The translations under genes and the position numbers were made by a program. The notes below the pieces were generated by a model. That model did no database searches. It was not told the origin of the DNA and saw only the letters and a program-made list of their open reading frames with translations. Positions 38,457 to 51,644 of a DNA stretch of 64,000 nt are shown here, piece after piece. Origin of the DNA: Squalus acanthias (Eukaryota); assembly GCA_030390025.1 (NCBI GenBank), contig CM059432.1, forward strand, positions 121,398,001 through 121,462,000. Direction: 5' to 3'. The stretch's first letter is position 1. Every line of letters starts with the position of its first letter.

Positions 38457-39701
38457 ATGGTATACTAACAGAAACTATCAGGCCATCTATACCAGGAAAT
38501 GATACACAACCCTGTAACATCAATAGAATAATAAGAGCTGCGGACTACGGGCCTCAGTTTCCTAGGTAGTTCTGCCTCTGCGCTGCCGTAACTTCATCGC
38601 AAGTGTGGTGGAAATCCCGTTTATGAACGTAAAGACAACGCACGTCCGGTGAAGTCACGGCAATGCAGCGGCAGAAGGTCGGAGGACAATATAGGGAGAT
38701 TTGTTCTGTTCACGACCCTACAACATGAAATCAGTATAACCTCTGACATGGTCAGAGGCAAAGAAATGCCATGTGTGCCAAGATTAGTCAAATGTTCCAC
38801 TCTGTTCCTGAGGCTGTGCTAACTTGCCATTGTGGCATCATAATAGACCCGATAGCTGGTATAAGCAGCCAGTAGAGAGATTGATAATCCTGTCGGTGTA
38901 AAGGCTGATAACTTTTTCAAAGCCATCCTAAAAACTCTGTGTAGTGAGTGCTTTCTAAGTTTCACATTGAAATCCGTGATGGATTTCTACAACTCAGTCT
39001 ATTGTTATATCGTATTTCGTCACGCAGCACATAGAGTGGGCTTTACCACAGCTTTGCCACAATGAACTACTGTAAATAGAAATATCCCCAGCTGGTCAGG
39101 CCGTGTCCTAGCAAAGGCCTTGGAGGTGCTTCTGGAGTAAACACAGGAAAAGAAGGTTGTTCCGTGACTCAACAAGTTAACTAATTGAATTCGATTTTGC
39201 CAGGCCCGAGGAGGCGGGTTTGGAGGCATGTGAGGTGTTAAAATCGCAAAAAATGGCGGGCGATCCGATCCCGCCTCCATCCCGCCTCTGATCAATTTTC
39301 CCACAATCGGGGTTTCAGACCCCGTTTCCATCCCACCTCCAAGAGGTGGGATAGGCCCTTAAGGCCCTTAACAACCAGTTAAGTGCTTCTATAATCCCAT
39401 TTTCAGAGGCCTTTCTGATTTTGACACATTTCCCCCGTACTGCACATCTCCTCTGGAACACGCCAGTTAATCCTGGCGGCCTCACAAGTGGATTGTTTAC
39501 CAACAGCTGCAGCTCCACCATTAAAAAGGAGTTTTCAGCAATGGCAGAAATTTGTTGTCTCAGGTCTGGGGGATCTTTTAGCAGGCCTACTCATTGTTGT
39601 GGAAGTTTGGAGCCTGAGACCCATCTCCAGTGTGACCTCCTGGGAAACCCCTCTCCCCACCTTGACTGAGCGCTTCCTCAACTGAGGCATATACCAGAAG
39701 A

Positions 39702-40952
39702 ATGGGAACCATTTATTTCCTTTCCTCCTGGACATCAGATTCGGACGAAGACCAGCCGCGGCAGCAGCAGAACCCTGAACAACAGCAGCACCAACAGCAG
39801 GACCAACAACAGGAGCGCCAAGCTGCTGCTCACCCACCTAAAGCTGCACAGGCCAGAAGGCGCCAGCGCATGGAAGCACGTCGCCACAGAAGATACCCCC
39901 AAAACAGGGTTTACAGACAGAGGATGAGCTACCTCAACATGACTGAGCAGCAGTGCCAAAGGAGGCTCAGACTTTCGCGAGAGGTAGTGGGTGACATCTG
40001 CGCAATGCTGCAGCAAGACCTGGAGCCCAGAGGAGCGGGTGGACATCCCTTACCAGTGGCCGTCAAAGTCACCACCGCACTCAATTTTTTTGACTCAAGC
40101 TTCTTCCAGGGATCAACAGCAGTCATCAGTGCCGTCTCCCAGGCGGCCGCACACACTTGAATCACGCAGGTAACCGATGCCCTCTTTGCCAACGCGCACA
40201 ATTACATCAACTTCTCCAAGGATCAAGCAAGTGTAACCGTGCGTGCGGTTGGATTTGCTAATCTAGCAGGCTTTCCAAGGGTGCAGGGTATCGTTGACTG
40301 CACACATGTGGCCCTTAAGGCACCCCATCACAATCCAGGTATTTTTGTCAACCGCAAGGGCTTCCACTTCCTCAACGTACAGCTGGTGTGTGACCACAAA
40401 AAGGAAATTTTACATGTTTGCGCCAAGTACCCTGGCATTTGCCATGACTCCTTCATCCTGCGCCAGTCTAGTGTGCCTCCACTCTTCAGTCCGCCAGACC
40501 AACTTAATGGATGGCTACTTGGAGACAAGGGCTATCCCCTGAAGACGTGGCTAATGACGCCGTTGAGGAGCCCATCCAACGAAGCTGAGGAGCGCTACAA
40601 CTACAGCCACATTTCCACCAGATCCATAATCGAGCAAACCATTGGCTTGCTGAAAATGCGATTCAGATGCCTTGATAGATCAGGTGGAGCCCTGCAGTAC
40701 TCAGCAGCCAGGGTCTCCAGAATCATCGTGGTCTGCTGTGCACTTCACAACATGGCACAGCATCGTGGCTTGCAGTGGGCTGAGGTACAAGTGGCTGATC
40801 GCATAGCCTCCTCAGATGAGGAGGAGGAGGAGGAGGAGGAGGAGAGCGACAACGAATTGCTTGCAGAGGCCCATCAACCAGCGGCAGCAGCACGCGAGCA
40901 CATTGCTGCCTGGGATGCAAGGGATGCACTCATCTTGGCCAGATTTGCTTAG
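39702..40952 (+). pseudogene. Harbinger DDE transposase (HARBI1-like family), one in-frame stop
   Basis: ORFs 39702-40160 and 40239-40952 share a frame, separated by TGA at 40158-40160; GIVDCTH, LGDKGY, IIEQTIG catalytic motifs; acidic tail. Confidence 0.92.
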
Positions 40953-41210
40953 CCTACCCAATCAAACACTTTTGACTCGCACCTTCTTACCACACCATCG
41001 ACAATGGCCAAGAACCAGCGGATTCCTATCACTCTGAGCACCATACTGACAATTGCAAGTCACCCTAAGCCCTCAATCTGGAAGTCCCATTTGCGAAATG
41101 ACACAGCCCACAACTTCAACAGTTTGCCATCAAATTTTTTTATCATCACAATTCACGGATGGCTTTTCAAAAAAAAACACAACAGAACACCCAAGTGACT
41201 ACCCTTGTGA

Positions 41211-43155
41211 CTACTTGTGCTTTATCTTCCTCTTACGCGTGCTCCTACGTGGTGCTTCCCCTGTGGTTTCAGCAGATGTGGAAGCCCCTTGCTCAATTTG
41301 TTGCTGCTCCTTCCTCGACACCTTTGGCGGGCGTCCTCTGGGGTTGCGAGCCTGTGAGGGCTTGGCAACAGTCTGCTGCTCCTGCGGCTGTGCAGGGGAT
41401 GAGACGCCCATCTCAGTTGGGTGAGGACTCTGGTGCTGCTCTGACCGAGGGCTCTGCAGTGGCATGGTCATTTGAGTGCTTGGAGAGGAGCTCCCACTTC
41501 CTTGTTGTCTGCCACCAACATCCCTCTCATGGGTCAGCCCCACTTCAGAGCTAGCAAGTGGCTTGACAGGAACTTGCTGCACTTCAGGGGGGCCATGAGG
41601 ACCCATTTCTGCACTGGAAGTCCTACTCCAGAGGACTTCCATGAAGGTCTGGTTTGTCTGCTCAATAGCTGACCATAGCTCCTCAAGAGATGTCATTCTA
41701 TTCTGAACAATGACCATGTTTTCAAGACCCAACGACTAAGCTCCTCCATGGCCGTAGCCAACCTCTCCTCTCCCGTAGCCAGCCTTACCACAGAGGTAGC
41801 CATCCTTTCCACGGAGGTTGCCATCCTTTCCGTGGTGATGCGTTCATGCGCCAATGCCTCCACAAAGGCTCTGCTCATGTTAGCGATGGACTCCTCCATT
41901 CGCTCCACACTGGACACAAAACCTGCCAGAGACTCCTGCACCTGTTCCTGGAGTTCCAGCACCACTCTCCTTCTGGATGGACCCAGAGGCACAGGGTCGA
42001 CACGCAGCTGACCTGAGCTGGGAGAGTCCTGCGCCCTCCGACGAGGACTCTCCACTGCTGTCCCTGTCTAGACCATCTGCTGATGATCACTTGTGAGCTG
42101 TGATACACCAGGTGACAACACTACTCTATCTCACGAATGTCCCACCGAGGTGTGAGTGTCTGCGCTGGTGCTGGGTGCGCTTAATTCTGCTGACGCTGCG
42201 TCCTCAGAGGTTGCAGCTTCTTCTGAGGAGTCTGGTGGCTCAGGCTGTTCCTCCTGGACAGTGGGGAGCAGGGCTGTCGATGGTCCTGTGGGGGAGTAAA
42301 GGAAAGAGTTAGACATGTGAGATAAACGTTGCATGCAGATTGAAGCATCATAATCCATATCAGTCACTCATGCAATTTCAATGAGAGAGATGCAAAACTA
42401 TTCTGTCACCAGCTTGCTGTGATGCGCCTGTCTGTCCGTCCCCCACTTGCGCATCCTCCTCCACTCTCACGATCTCCAGGGCAGGCGCCTCCTCTGCAGT
42501 GGTGAGCTGGGCTATTGAGGGTGGCCCTCCTCCTGTCCTCACCCTCTCCCTCTTATTGTGGGCTCTCTTTTCCTGCAATGAGGGACACAAATGGAGTTTG
42601 AGTGAGAATGAAGGAGTGAGTGCAGTGAATCCATAGCATAGATGCTTAGAAGGACGCAAAGATGGAGTGAGGTGCCAAGATCAAGGGCCCTCCCTGTGTG
42701 TTGTAAGCTGTTGTCATAGCATCACAGTGATAGGGAGTGTGAGGGCTGCATAGTCGAGTAGTTAAGTTAATGTGAACATACAGAGAGAGGGCATGGGTAA
42801 GGGTGCAGGGATGTAAGGGTGAAGTGGGATGTGGAGGAGGAGGTTGACAAAGCAGAGTGCTGGTGATGAGAGGCGATGGGGATCAGGTTGAGGGTCATGG
42901 GGATGGAATACTCACTTTTCCTGTGCGGAAAAGGTCATGAAACCTCTTTCTGCACAGCAGCCAGGTTCTGCTGCACATTGAAATCGCATTCACCTCCTGT
43001 GCCACTTGCAGCCACACAGCTTTGGTCTGTTGTGGAGGCTTTTTCCTCCCTGAAGAAGGAAAGAGCACTTCCTTATTTGCTATTGCTCCCTCCACCAGAG
43101 CTTGGAGGGAGACCTCATCGAATCAGGGTGCACACTTTGGTCTGGTGCTGGACAT
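41211..43155 (-). pseudogene. Harbinger Myb/SANT-like protein gene, 3 exons (43155-42916, 42572-42410, 42285-41211)
   Basis: KAVWLQVAQEV...RTWLLCRKRFHDL; GT-AG introns; EKRAHNKRERVRTGGGPP; stop in exon 1 and frameshifts in exon 3. Confidence 0.85.
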
Positions 43156-43589
43156 AGTTGCAGTAGGAATCCCTCAGAAGTGTGAGGAGAAAGTTGAAAG
43201 GCTGAAAAAGAACCAAGGCTGCTTGCAGGCCTTAAATCCAGCTGCTTAGATGACATCATCGGAGGTGAGTTTCAGTATCAAAAGACTCATTGGGCCAGGG
43301 GTTCCCACACGCTGGAGATCAAGTGCCCAATTAGGGCAAAATCGCACTTTTGTCCCGCCTCACATCGGAGGCGGGGTCCTGACACGCCGACCACCTGACA
43401 CGCCCCCAGCCCGCCCCCAATGACAAAATCCAGTCCTATGTGTCCAACAACTAAAGGACAAGGGACTAGATGAGGAAAAAGTTAAAGTAGTCTCAGGAAG
43501 TCTGCCAAAGTAAGGCTAAACATTCTTTCTTTATACCAAGTAAATAGGCAAAGGATACATGCCACAGAGAGTTTCCACTCAGAGAGAAA

Positions 43590-44020
43590 ATGCCTTGGAC
43601 TTTTGGGGAATCTTGTGAAGTGGGAAAATTGGCAGGAACGTTCATTCTACTGTCAGTTTTCCATGAGGACAGTGATAACATTTGCCGACTGAACAGTACG
43701 TCTGTGACTGCAGATTGATTGGTGTTGCTGATGTCCCCTGTGGTAACATGGAATGAGCCTGATTCATAAAGGTTCAGGGCTGTGGTGAAGGCTGCCTGCA
43801 GGTTTAACGACAGCAGACAGTCACTAACCCCCTGGTGAAACGAAGCCTGCAAAGGAAGATTTCCTCCGATGTTCCCAGATAAGCGTGGGTGGAGCTCCTG
43901 ACACAGCTCCACGAGTCAGGGCATTCCACCTCAGGTGCAATTGAACCTGCCTCACATCCCTCCTGTCCTCCTCTTCTACCTCCCCCAAATAATGCAAAGA
44001 GTGAGGAAATGGACTTCTCA
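43590..44020 (-). pseudogene. Highly degenerate Harbinger transposase fragment
   Basis: AFTTALNLYESGSFHVTTGDISN...PKVQG. Confidence 0.65.
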
Positions 44021-44374
44021 TGTGCTGATGCCATCAAAACAGGGCAAATTCAGAGAGACTGCACTTGTGGATTGGAGCCTCTCTCGCAACGAGCATGGGT
44101 CAGAGAATTGTAGCTGAAGTGTTGTGACTCACTCTCAGACTTCTGCTCCCATCACGTATGCCTCTGGGACAGAAAGGCAACCTCATGGAATTGTTGAAAA
44201 ATCCTGGCAAATCAAAGAAACTTTCAACAAAATAAACAAACACTTAAGAGTCCTGTTCTCAGAAATCCACTTTTAAAGTCTATTTTCAGATGTGATCGTG
44301 GGGCAAATTCATCTGGCTCCCTGAACAAAACCGTTCCTATGCATTAAACTGAGCGTGCAATGTATTCCTGGTAG

Positions 44375-44795
44375 TCATTGGAGTTTAGAAGAATGAGAGG
44401 TGATCTTATTGAAACATGTAAGATTCTGAGGGGGCTTGACAGGGTAGATGCTGAGAGGATGTTTCCCCTCGTGGGAGAATCTAGAACGAGGGGGCATAGT
44501 ATCAGGATAAGGGGCCGCCCATTTAAGACGGAGATGAGGAGGAATTTCTTCTCTTAGAGGGTCGTGAATCTTTGGAATTCTCTACCCCAGAGAGCTGTGG
44601 AGGCGGAGTCAGTGAATATATTCTAGGTGGAGATAGACAGATATTTGAGCAAAGGGGAGTCAAGGGTTATGGGGAACAAGCAGGAAAGTGGAGTTGAGGC
44701 CAAGGTCAGATCAGCCATGATCTCATTGAATGGCGGAGCAGGCTCGAGGGGCCGAATGGCCTACTCCAGCTCTTAATTCTTCTGATCTTCTGTTC
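44375..44795 (+). mobile_element. CR1 3' fragment
   Basis: Closely resembles 17440-17852. Confidence 0.92.
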
Positions 44796-45599
44796 GAGGA
44801 GAACATTAAGGAATCACACCTGCACTCATTATACTGACACTACCATCTGTTTAAATATTAAAATGAAGCTCTTGCACATTTTGTGCCAGAGCACTTTATG
44901 GCAGCCTAAAAGCCTGGCTGCTACTCAAAGCAGCTGAGGATCTGGCGACATGGTTCTCTGACCAATTTAATGAGCCTGACTTGGCCGTTCTATAGCAGTG
45001 CCACTGGCTGTACAAAATGAAATATATACGCTAGTACCATGAGGATACCATGAAAAGGGGAATGGGTAGGGTACTGCAGTTAATGAAGCTGTTTGCGGAA
45101 ATGTGACTTGCTTCTATTGCGGTCAGAAGGCTGGAGAGCACTGTGGTACTTAAGCTTGTGCTTTTCTCCTGACTGACACCACCACATCTAGTGGTGCAAC
45201 ATGGCAGCATTCAGTTCCAAGTCATGCTCCCAAGATGATATAAAGATCTGAAGTGTATTTGTGGGTGATTATCAGGTAGTGAATGGATACTTTGGTGGCA
45301 ATAGGGAGGGAGTAAGTACCCTTTTGAAGCTATATGGATACGTAGCCATGGAGCTACTCTGGAATAAATTGAATCAGTTGCTGAAAACATTACATGAACA
45401 GGAACTGTCTGAACTACTGTATGAATGGATTTGCAAAACTAGTGTTGAAAAAAAAATGCCTGTCTACCATACACTGTTGGAATGTCCGCACAGTGGTACC
45501 AGCAGACCTATCTTTCCATCAGAGGAGAAGATGAGACCATCCAACAAAACTACACTGTGCCTTTAACGTAGAAAAATGGGCCAAAACAGAGGCGTAAGC

Positions 45600-46180
45600 A
45601 AAAAATGGACACCAGGTCAAAGAAGATATTTGGGCGGCCAAAAACTGAGTCAAAGAAGTGGGTTTTGATGAGTCTTAAAGGAGGAGATGATAGAGTAGAT
45701 AGGGAGAAATTGCTTTCACTGGAAGGAGCGTCAGTAATCAGAGGAAATTAGGAGAATTCCTCGGGGAAATTAGGAGAATTCTTTTTACGTTACGAGTTAT
45801 GATCTGGAATGCACTGCCCGAAAGGGTGGTGGAAGCAGATTCAATAGTAACTTTCAAAAAGGGAAGTGGATATACATTTGAAAAGGAGAAATTTGCAGGG
45901 CGATGGGGAAAGAGCAGGGGTGTGGCACTAATTGGATAGCTCTTGCAAACAACGGCACGATGGGCCAAATGTCCTCCTTCTGTGCTGTATGATTCAATGA
46001 TTCTCTGATTCTATGAAGGTGGAGAGGGAGAGCGGTTTAGGGAGGGAATTCCCGAGCGCAAGGCCTAATGTTTGAAGGCGCAATAACCAATGGTGGGAGG
46101 AGAGGAGGGATGTACAAGAGGCCAGAGCCAGAGGAACGGAGAGTCCAGGAGGTGGTTGCAAGCTGGATGAGTTACAGAGG
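45600..46180. mobile_element. Old L2 3' fragment (-) interrupted by a CR1 3' fragment (+, ~45700-46015)
   Basis: GGTTTAGGGAGGGAATTCC L2 motif; ATCTGGAATGCACTGCC...ATGATTCT-type CR1 tail. Confidence 0.65.
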
Positions 46181-46588
46181 TAGGCAGGGGCGCGTGGGTT
46201 TGGGTGCGGGTGAGCCGACTTCCGGGTTTAACTCGAGCGCGTCAAGCTGGTTGCCTATTAACATATGCTAATTGCTCAACTGGAGCAACATTTCAACACA
46301 CTTTTAAATTTAACGTCGCATCCACGGGTTTCCGAGGCTTCCTGAAACTCGCCCTTGAAAACAAACTGAGAACTCAACGGCAATAGAGCAGGGTTATTAA
46401 AACTCATGGAAATACTGCAATAAATACTCAGTGGTCACAGGTGCTTTCTCACCTACTATTGGGAAAGGGTTTGTTCACAGTACTTTTGCTGATATTTTAC
46501 TTTCTACACTTTGGAGGTTTTCTGAATCACATCAGGATTGCTGGCGCCTTGGCTGCCTTAGATTGGACCTCAGATGAGAAACAATATG

Positions 46589-46691
46589 ACCAGCACCAGT
46601 ACCAGCACCAGCACCAGCACCAGCACCAGCACCAGCACCAGCACCAGCACCAGCACCAGCACCAGCACCAGTACCAGCACCAGCACCAGCA
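46589..46691 (+). repeat. (CAGCAC)n hexamer tandem repeat, about 17 units
   Basis: Read directly; two CAGTAC variant units. Confidence 0.97.
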
Positions 46692-46932
46692 GTAGTCTGC
46701 TGTTCAGAGACATGCAGAGAGGACAGCAGCAGAAAGGGGAACAGCAGAGGGGTGCGGCTTGCAGGAGGCACTACCCGCGACACAGGGTGTACAGGAAGAG
46801 GCAGAGTTTCCTTGACATGTCTGAACAGCAGTGTCTCAGCAGGCTCAGGTTGTCACGTCAGGTGGTGGCAGACATCTGCAACATCCTAGAAGAAGACCTG
46901 CTGCCTGCTGGACCTGGTAGCCACGCATTACC

Positions 46933-47287
46933 CAGGGTAGATGCTGAGAGGTTGTTTCCCCTGGCTGGTGTGTCTAGAACTAGGGGGCATAGTCTCAGGA
47001 TAAGGGGTAGGCCACTTAAGACTGAGATGAGGAGGAATTTCTTCACTCAGAGGGTTGTGAATCTTTGGAATTCTCTGCCCCAGAGGGCTGCGAAAGCTGA
47101 GTCTTTGATTATATTCAAGGCTGAGATAGATAGATTTTTGGACTCGAGGGGAATCAAGGGATATGGAGATCTGACGAGAAAGTGGAGTTGAGGTCGATGG
47201 TCAGCCATGATCTTATTGAATGGCGGAGCAGGCTCGAGGGGCCGCATGGCCTACTTCTGCTCCTATTTCTTATGTTCTTATGTTCTT
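46933..47287 (+). mobile_element. CR1 3' fragment inserted in the transposase
   Basis: RVDAERLFPL...RRNFFTQRVVNLWNSLP, TTCTTATG tail; TACC on both flanks. Confidence 0.92.
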
Positions 47288-48360
47288 CCTACCAGTGCCT
47301 TTCAAAGTCACAACCACCCTCAACTTTTTTGCATCAGGATCATTCCAGGGCTCTGCCAGAGCCATATCCAGGATCTCTCAGTCGGCAGCCCACAAATGCA
47401 TAAGACAGGTGACTGATGTCTTCTTTGCCAGGGGCAGCAATTATATTAACTTCGCCTACAATGACGCCAGTCAGAATGAACGGGCGATTGGGTTTGCATC
47501 TCTGGCTAGCTTCTCACAGGTGCAGGGCGCCATCGACTGCACATCTGTGGCAATCAGCACAACCCCAGATCAACCAGGACTGTTCTCTATCCGCAAGGGC
47601 TTCCACTCAATCAATGTGCATCTGGTGTGTAACCACAAAAAGATATTTCTGAAGGTGTGCGCAAGATCCCGCGGAGCTGCCATCATGCTTTCGTCCTGCG
47701 GCAGTCCAAGCTCCCTGGCACATTTGGATCTGCAAACAGGCTGCTAGGAGACAAAGGATACCCACTGCAAACTTGGCAGATGACACCTGTCAGAAACCCA
47801 ACCAATGAAGTTCAACAGCGCTACAATGATTGGCATATGACCACTGGATGTGTGATCGAACAAGCCATCGGCATGCTGAAGATGTGCTTCAGGAGCCTAA
47901 ACAGATCTGGAGGTGCCCTTCAATACGCACCAGCCAGGGTCTCCAGAATGGTCATGGTTTGCTGTGCTCTGCAAATTATTACAGGAGAAACAAGGCACAG
48001 AGCTCATATCCTCTACGGACAACTCCAAGGAGGAGGAGGAAGATGAGGAAGACAGGGAGGAGGAAGGTGATGAGGGCAAAGCAGCACCAGCTGCTCACAT
48101 TGCTGCCTGGGATGCCAGGGATGCCCTTATTATTGCAAGGTTCACTTAGGTTGTACCAGTGGACCGATGTCACAAGCACATGCAATGGTCACTCTTCCTG
48201 CCACCTACCACCCCCCCCACCCTATGCCACTGATGCAAAGCAGTCCTGCAAACAACCAACCACCTCTTGAGCATCCCCCCCATTGGTCCCGGTCAATTTA
48301 TGTCTTCCCGTTCATCATCAAGCAAGTTAAAAGGCGACTTGCCATCCAGCACCCAAAAAT

Positions 48361-51300
48361 GGGCAAGAAATTCCTGTACTTAGTGCCGGCTGTTATGGCT
48401 GGTTTGAAGAAAAAAATGGTACTGCCATGCTTCCGCTGACCTCCAGTGTGGGCTGCGTTGGTCGCCATCTTGGGAAGGGCGACAGTGCGGCCGTTGACTG
48501 CGGGTGGCGGAAGAATTCAAATGAGGCAGATTGTGACGTCAATCAGTGTGTAACCTCTTGGAACCAGACCTGCAGCCTCAGAGCAGGGCGACAACGGCTC
48601 TACCAGTGGCCCTCAAGGTGATCGTGGCCCTGAATCTTTTGCCACCTGGTCCTTCCAGGCTTGAGCAAGTGACATAGCTAACATATCATAGTTTGCCATC
48701 CATCGCTGCATCCGAGTGGTCACAGAGGCTCTGTACTCCAGGAGAAGGGACTTCATGGTCTTCTCTCTGAACTGGGAGAAGCAGAAGGAGCGCACACGTG
48801 GCTTTGCCAGGATATCGGGCGCCGCATATCAATGCTGAGATGTACTGCAACTGCAAAGGCTATCTCTCTCTTAATGTGCAGTTGGTGTGCGACCACGCCC
48901 AGCACATCATGATGGTGAATGCCCGGTATCCTGGCAGCTGTCATGATGCTTTCATCCTGCGCCAGTCCGCTGTGCCAGCAATCTTCCAGCCACCACATTG
49001 AACCCGAGGGTGGCTGCTCAGTGACAGCCCTCCGCAACCCCACCACTCGTGGTCAGCAATCATATAATGACAGCCATGCTGCCACAAGGAACCTCATCGA
49101 GCAGACCAGCGGCGTTCTGAAGCAATGGTTCCGCTGCCTTGACCATTCGGGAAGCTCTCCAGTGCTCGCCAGAGTGGGTGTCCCAATTCATGGTGGTCTG
49201 CTGCATCCTCCACAACTTGGCCATCATGAGGGTGGAGCCCTTGCCACCACGGGTTCTGTGACTAACTCAGGAGGAAGAGGAGGAGGTAGAAGAGGAGGAG
49301 GAAGAAGGGAGGAGGCAGCCTGCAAATCCCCATTCCGGATGGGCTGTCTGTGAATGCATCATCCCCTGAATAAACCTCAAACCCCGTTGCTCACCACTTC
49401 CCCACCTTACCTTTCCTTTGTCACAGAACATCAAAGTGTCCTCTTGGCCACAATGCTGAAATGAAAGCCACCACAAAACAAAATTCCAAACATAATTTAT
49501 AAATTAATAATTCCAATATAACATTACAAAGTCAACTAATCACCCTTGTGCATTCCCTTAGTGTCTGTTCCTTTGCCTATTCTTGTGCTTCTACGCAGTG
49601 CTACCCCAGTGGCATGGCCTGTAGAAGGCTGCTGACTTGCCATGTGGGAGACTGCAGATGGCCTTGAAGGATAACCTCAAGCAGCTCTGGCCCTAGAAGG
49701 CTCAGCTGTAGACTGCACCACCTTGGCATGGGTGTCAGCAGTCTGGGCTGGCTGGCTGACAGGCAATTGCAAGGGCAATGGCGGAGTGGCAGTGGTGGGA
49801 GGATGAATGCTGTCATCTGAGAGAGGACAGCAGGTTCTTGCTCCACTGCCACTCCCCTGGTGCGGCGCCTCAGCATTCCTAGCCATCTGTTAGAGCGCAG
49901 ATGGCTGGACCGCTGTGAGACCCTGCAAGCCCCTTTCCACACTCGTAAACCCAGCCATGATGGCAGCAGTCTGAGCTTGCGTTGCAGCACTCAGATGTTG
50001 GGTCGCTTCCGCTTGTGCTGCAATGGAAGCTGCGACATCGCCCATCACACGCAGCATCATGGTTGAGTCCAAAACTTCTCTCATGGAGTTGCCCATCACT
50101 GCCATCCTGGAAATCATGGGCTCCAAGCTCTGCGCAAAGTTCCGTGCAATATTGGAGCCGGACTCCTCCATGTTCCTTGACAGTAACAAGAGGCTCTCTG
50201 GCAGGCCTACAATTCCACCAAGCATTTCTGTGTGCATGCCCATCACCCTTCTTCTGAAGGTCGCCCCATCGAGGCCTGTGCAGCAGAACGCGTGTACGAC
50301 CACACCCTTCGGGAGCTGGCACCTGCGCTACCTTTTCACCCTGGCCTGGCTGCAGCCCACTCGTGCCCGGTGACTCACCACGTACAGATCCCACCCCTAT
50401 ACTGCCCTCTAAAGTATACGCAGTGCCGTTTTCTGAGCTGGTGCCTGTGAGTGTCAGCTCGAGTGATGGTGCCTCTTCTTCTCCTTCACTTTCCTCCTCT
50501 ACTTCTTGGTGAAGAGGTTGGGCTGCTGGCAGTTCTTAGGTATCTGAAAGGAGAAAGGGTCAAGTTGTGGTGAGGGGAAGGGAGGAAAGCAAGATGTCCA
50601 TGCATACACCATCAGCAGCTTGTAAGTGAGAAGAGATTGTGGGATGAGGGGGAAGTGAGATGTGAGAAAAAGGATTAGGTTTGACCATACCAGCAGCATC
50701 AATGGTTTCAGCCTCGCCCTGCGCCACGGCTTCAGTGACAGGTCCTCCAATGATCTCCAGCACAGTCTCCTCTATGGGGGTTAGGTTGTGCAGCTGCGCT
50801 TACCCCATGTCTGTTTGTTACTGCTTGCTCCTGTTATGAGCCACCTTAACCTGCAAGAGAAAGGGAAGTGTGTCAGTGAATGTGGTGCAATGTGTTTGGG
50901 TGATGTGCCTGTCAAGATTGAATAGCTGGCATTGTGTGCAAGGTATGAGATGTGAGTGTGAGTCTTGCAGTAGTGGTAAGTGTGTGAAGGTGAGGTGAAG
51001 TAAGGTGATTGTGAGATATGAGCTGTGATTGCTAGAGATTGTTGGTAGGTGAGTGATTGGGGTGTGGTCAATTGAGCAGTGTGTGAGGCTCGTGGTGCAG
51101 TTGGTGGGATATGGCATTTAAAGATGCATTCACTCACATTGACCACTCGAGTGAGGTCATGAACTTCTTCCGGCACTGCAGCCAGGTCCTGGCGTCAACA
51201 CTGGTGGCACTGACGGCTTCTGCTATTTCCTCCCACTGCTTTCTCACAGTGTGCCTGGAAGGCCTCCTGCACCCCCTACAGGTACAGATCTTTCCTCCTC

Positions 51301-51644
51301 CTGTACACCCCCTGTACCAAGGCCTCCAGTGCTGCATTGGAGAACCGAGGTGCACGCTGTCTCCCCTGTTGAGACATATATTACTCTAGCTCCACCAACA
51401 ATGAGGTACTCCTGAATCAGAGCATCTCCCCTTTAAGAAGTGCAGAACAGCCTGTGGGCTGGATTTTATCAATGGGAAGCTTTTGGAGGCGGGACTGCTG
51501 CTTGCCGGCTTTCAATCCCGCCTCCATCAGCTTCTGGCCAACCAGCACGAATTTCGAGTGCCGCCTTCACTACTTTCAACGGGCGTGGGCAGATCACACA
51601 TCATGATACTGTGCCATTTTCCGGCCTAATCGAATTTTCCCCCC
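48361..51644 (+). mobile_element. Harbinger element B (degenerate transposase ~48600-49370 +; Myb gene ~51376-49560 -)
   Basis: [17 protein letters not shown]...YPGSCHDAFIL; minus-strand WEEIAEAVSA...RTWLQCRKKF with GT-AG introns (exon 2 ~50850-50691); TIRs weak. Confidence 0.8.

Larger units (their letters stand above)
39187..43436 (+). mobile_element. Near-complete autonomous-type PIF/Harbinger transposon (copy 1)
   Basis: Degenerate TIRs (..TCGATTTTG / CAAAATCCAGTCC), transposase on +, convergent Myb/SANT gene on -. Confidence 0.92.
46540..48149 (+). pseudogene. Harbinger transposase remnant
   Basis: YPRHRVYRKR...LRLSRQVV, then after the CR1 insert PVPFKVTTTLNFFASGSFQ, QGAIDCT, LGDKGY, VIEQAIG, ARDALIIARFT. 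Confidence 0.88.

Noticed and set aside
39702..40952. Host domesticated HARBI1 gene
   Set aside because: Multiple related copies with TIRs, convergent Myb genes and disabling mutations indicate transposons
46589..46691. CRISPR array or silk-like (GA)n protein on the minus strand
   Set aside because: Simple hexamer microsatellite with no spacers; the GAGAGA reading is just the antisense frame
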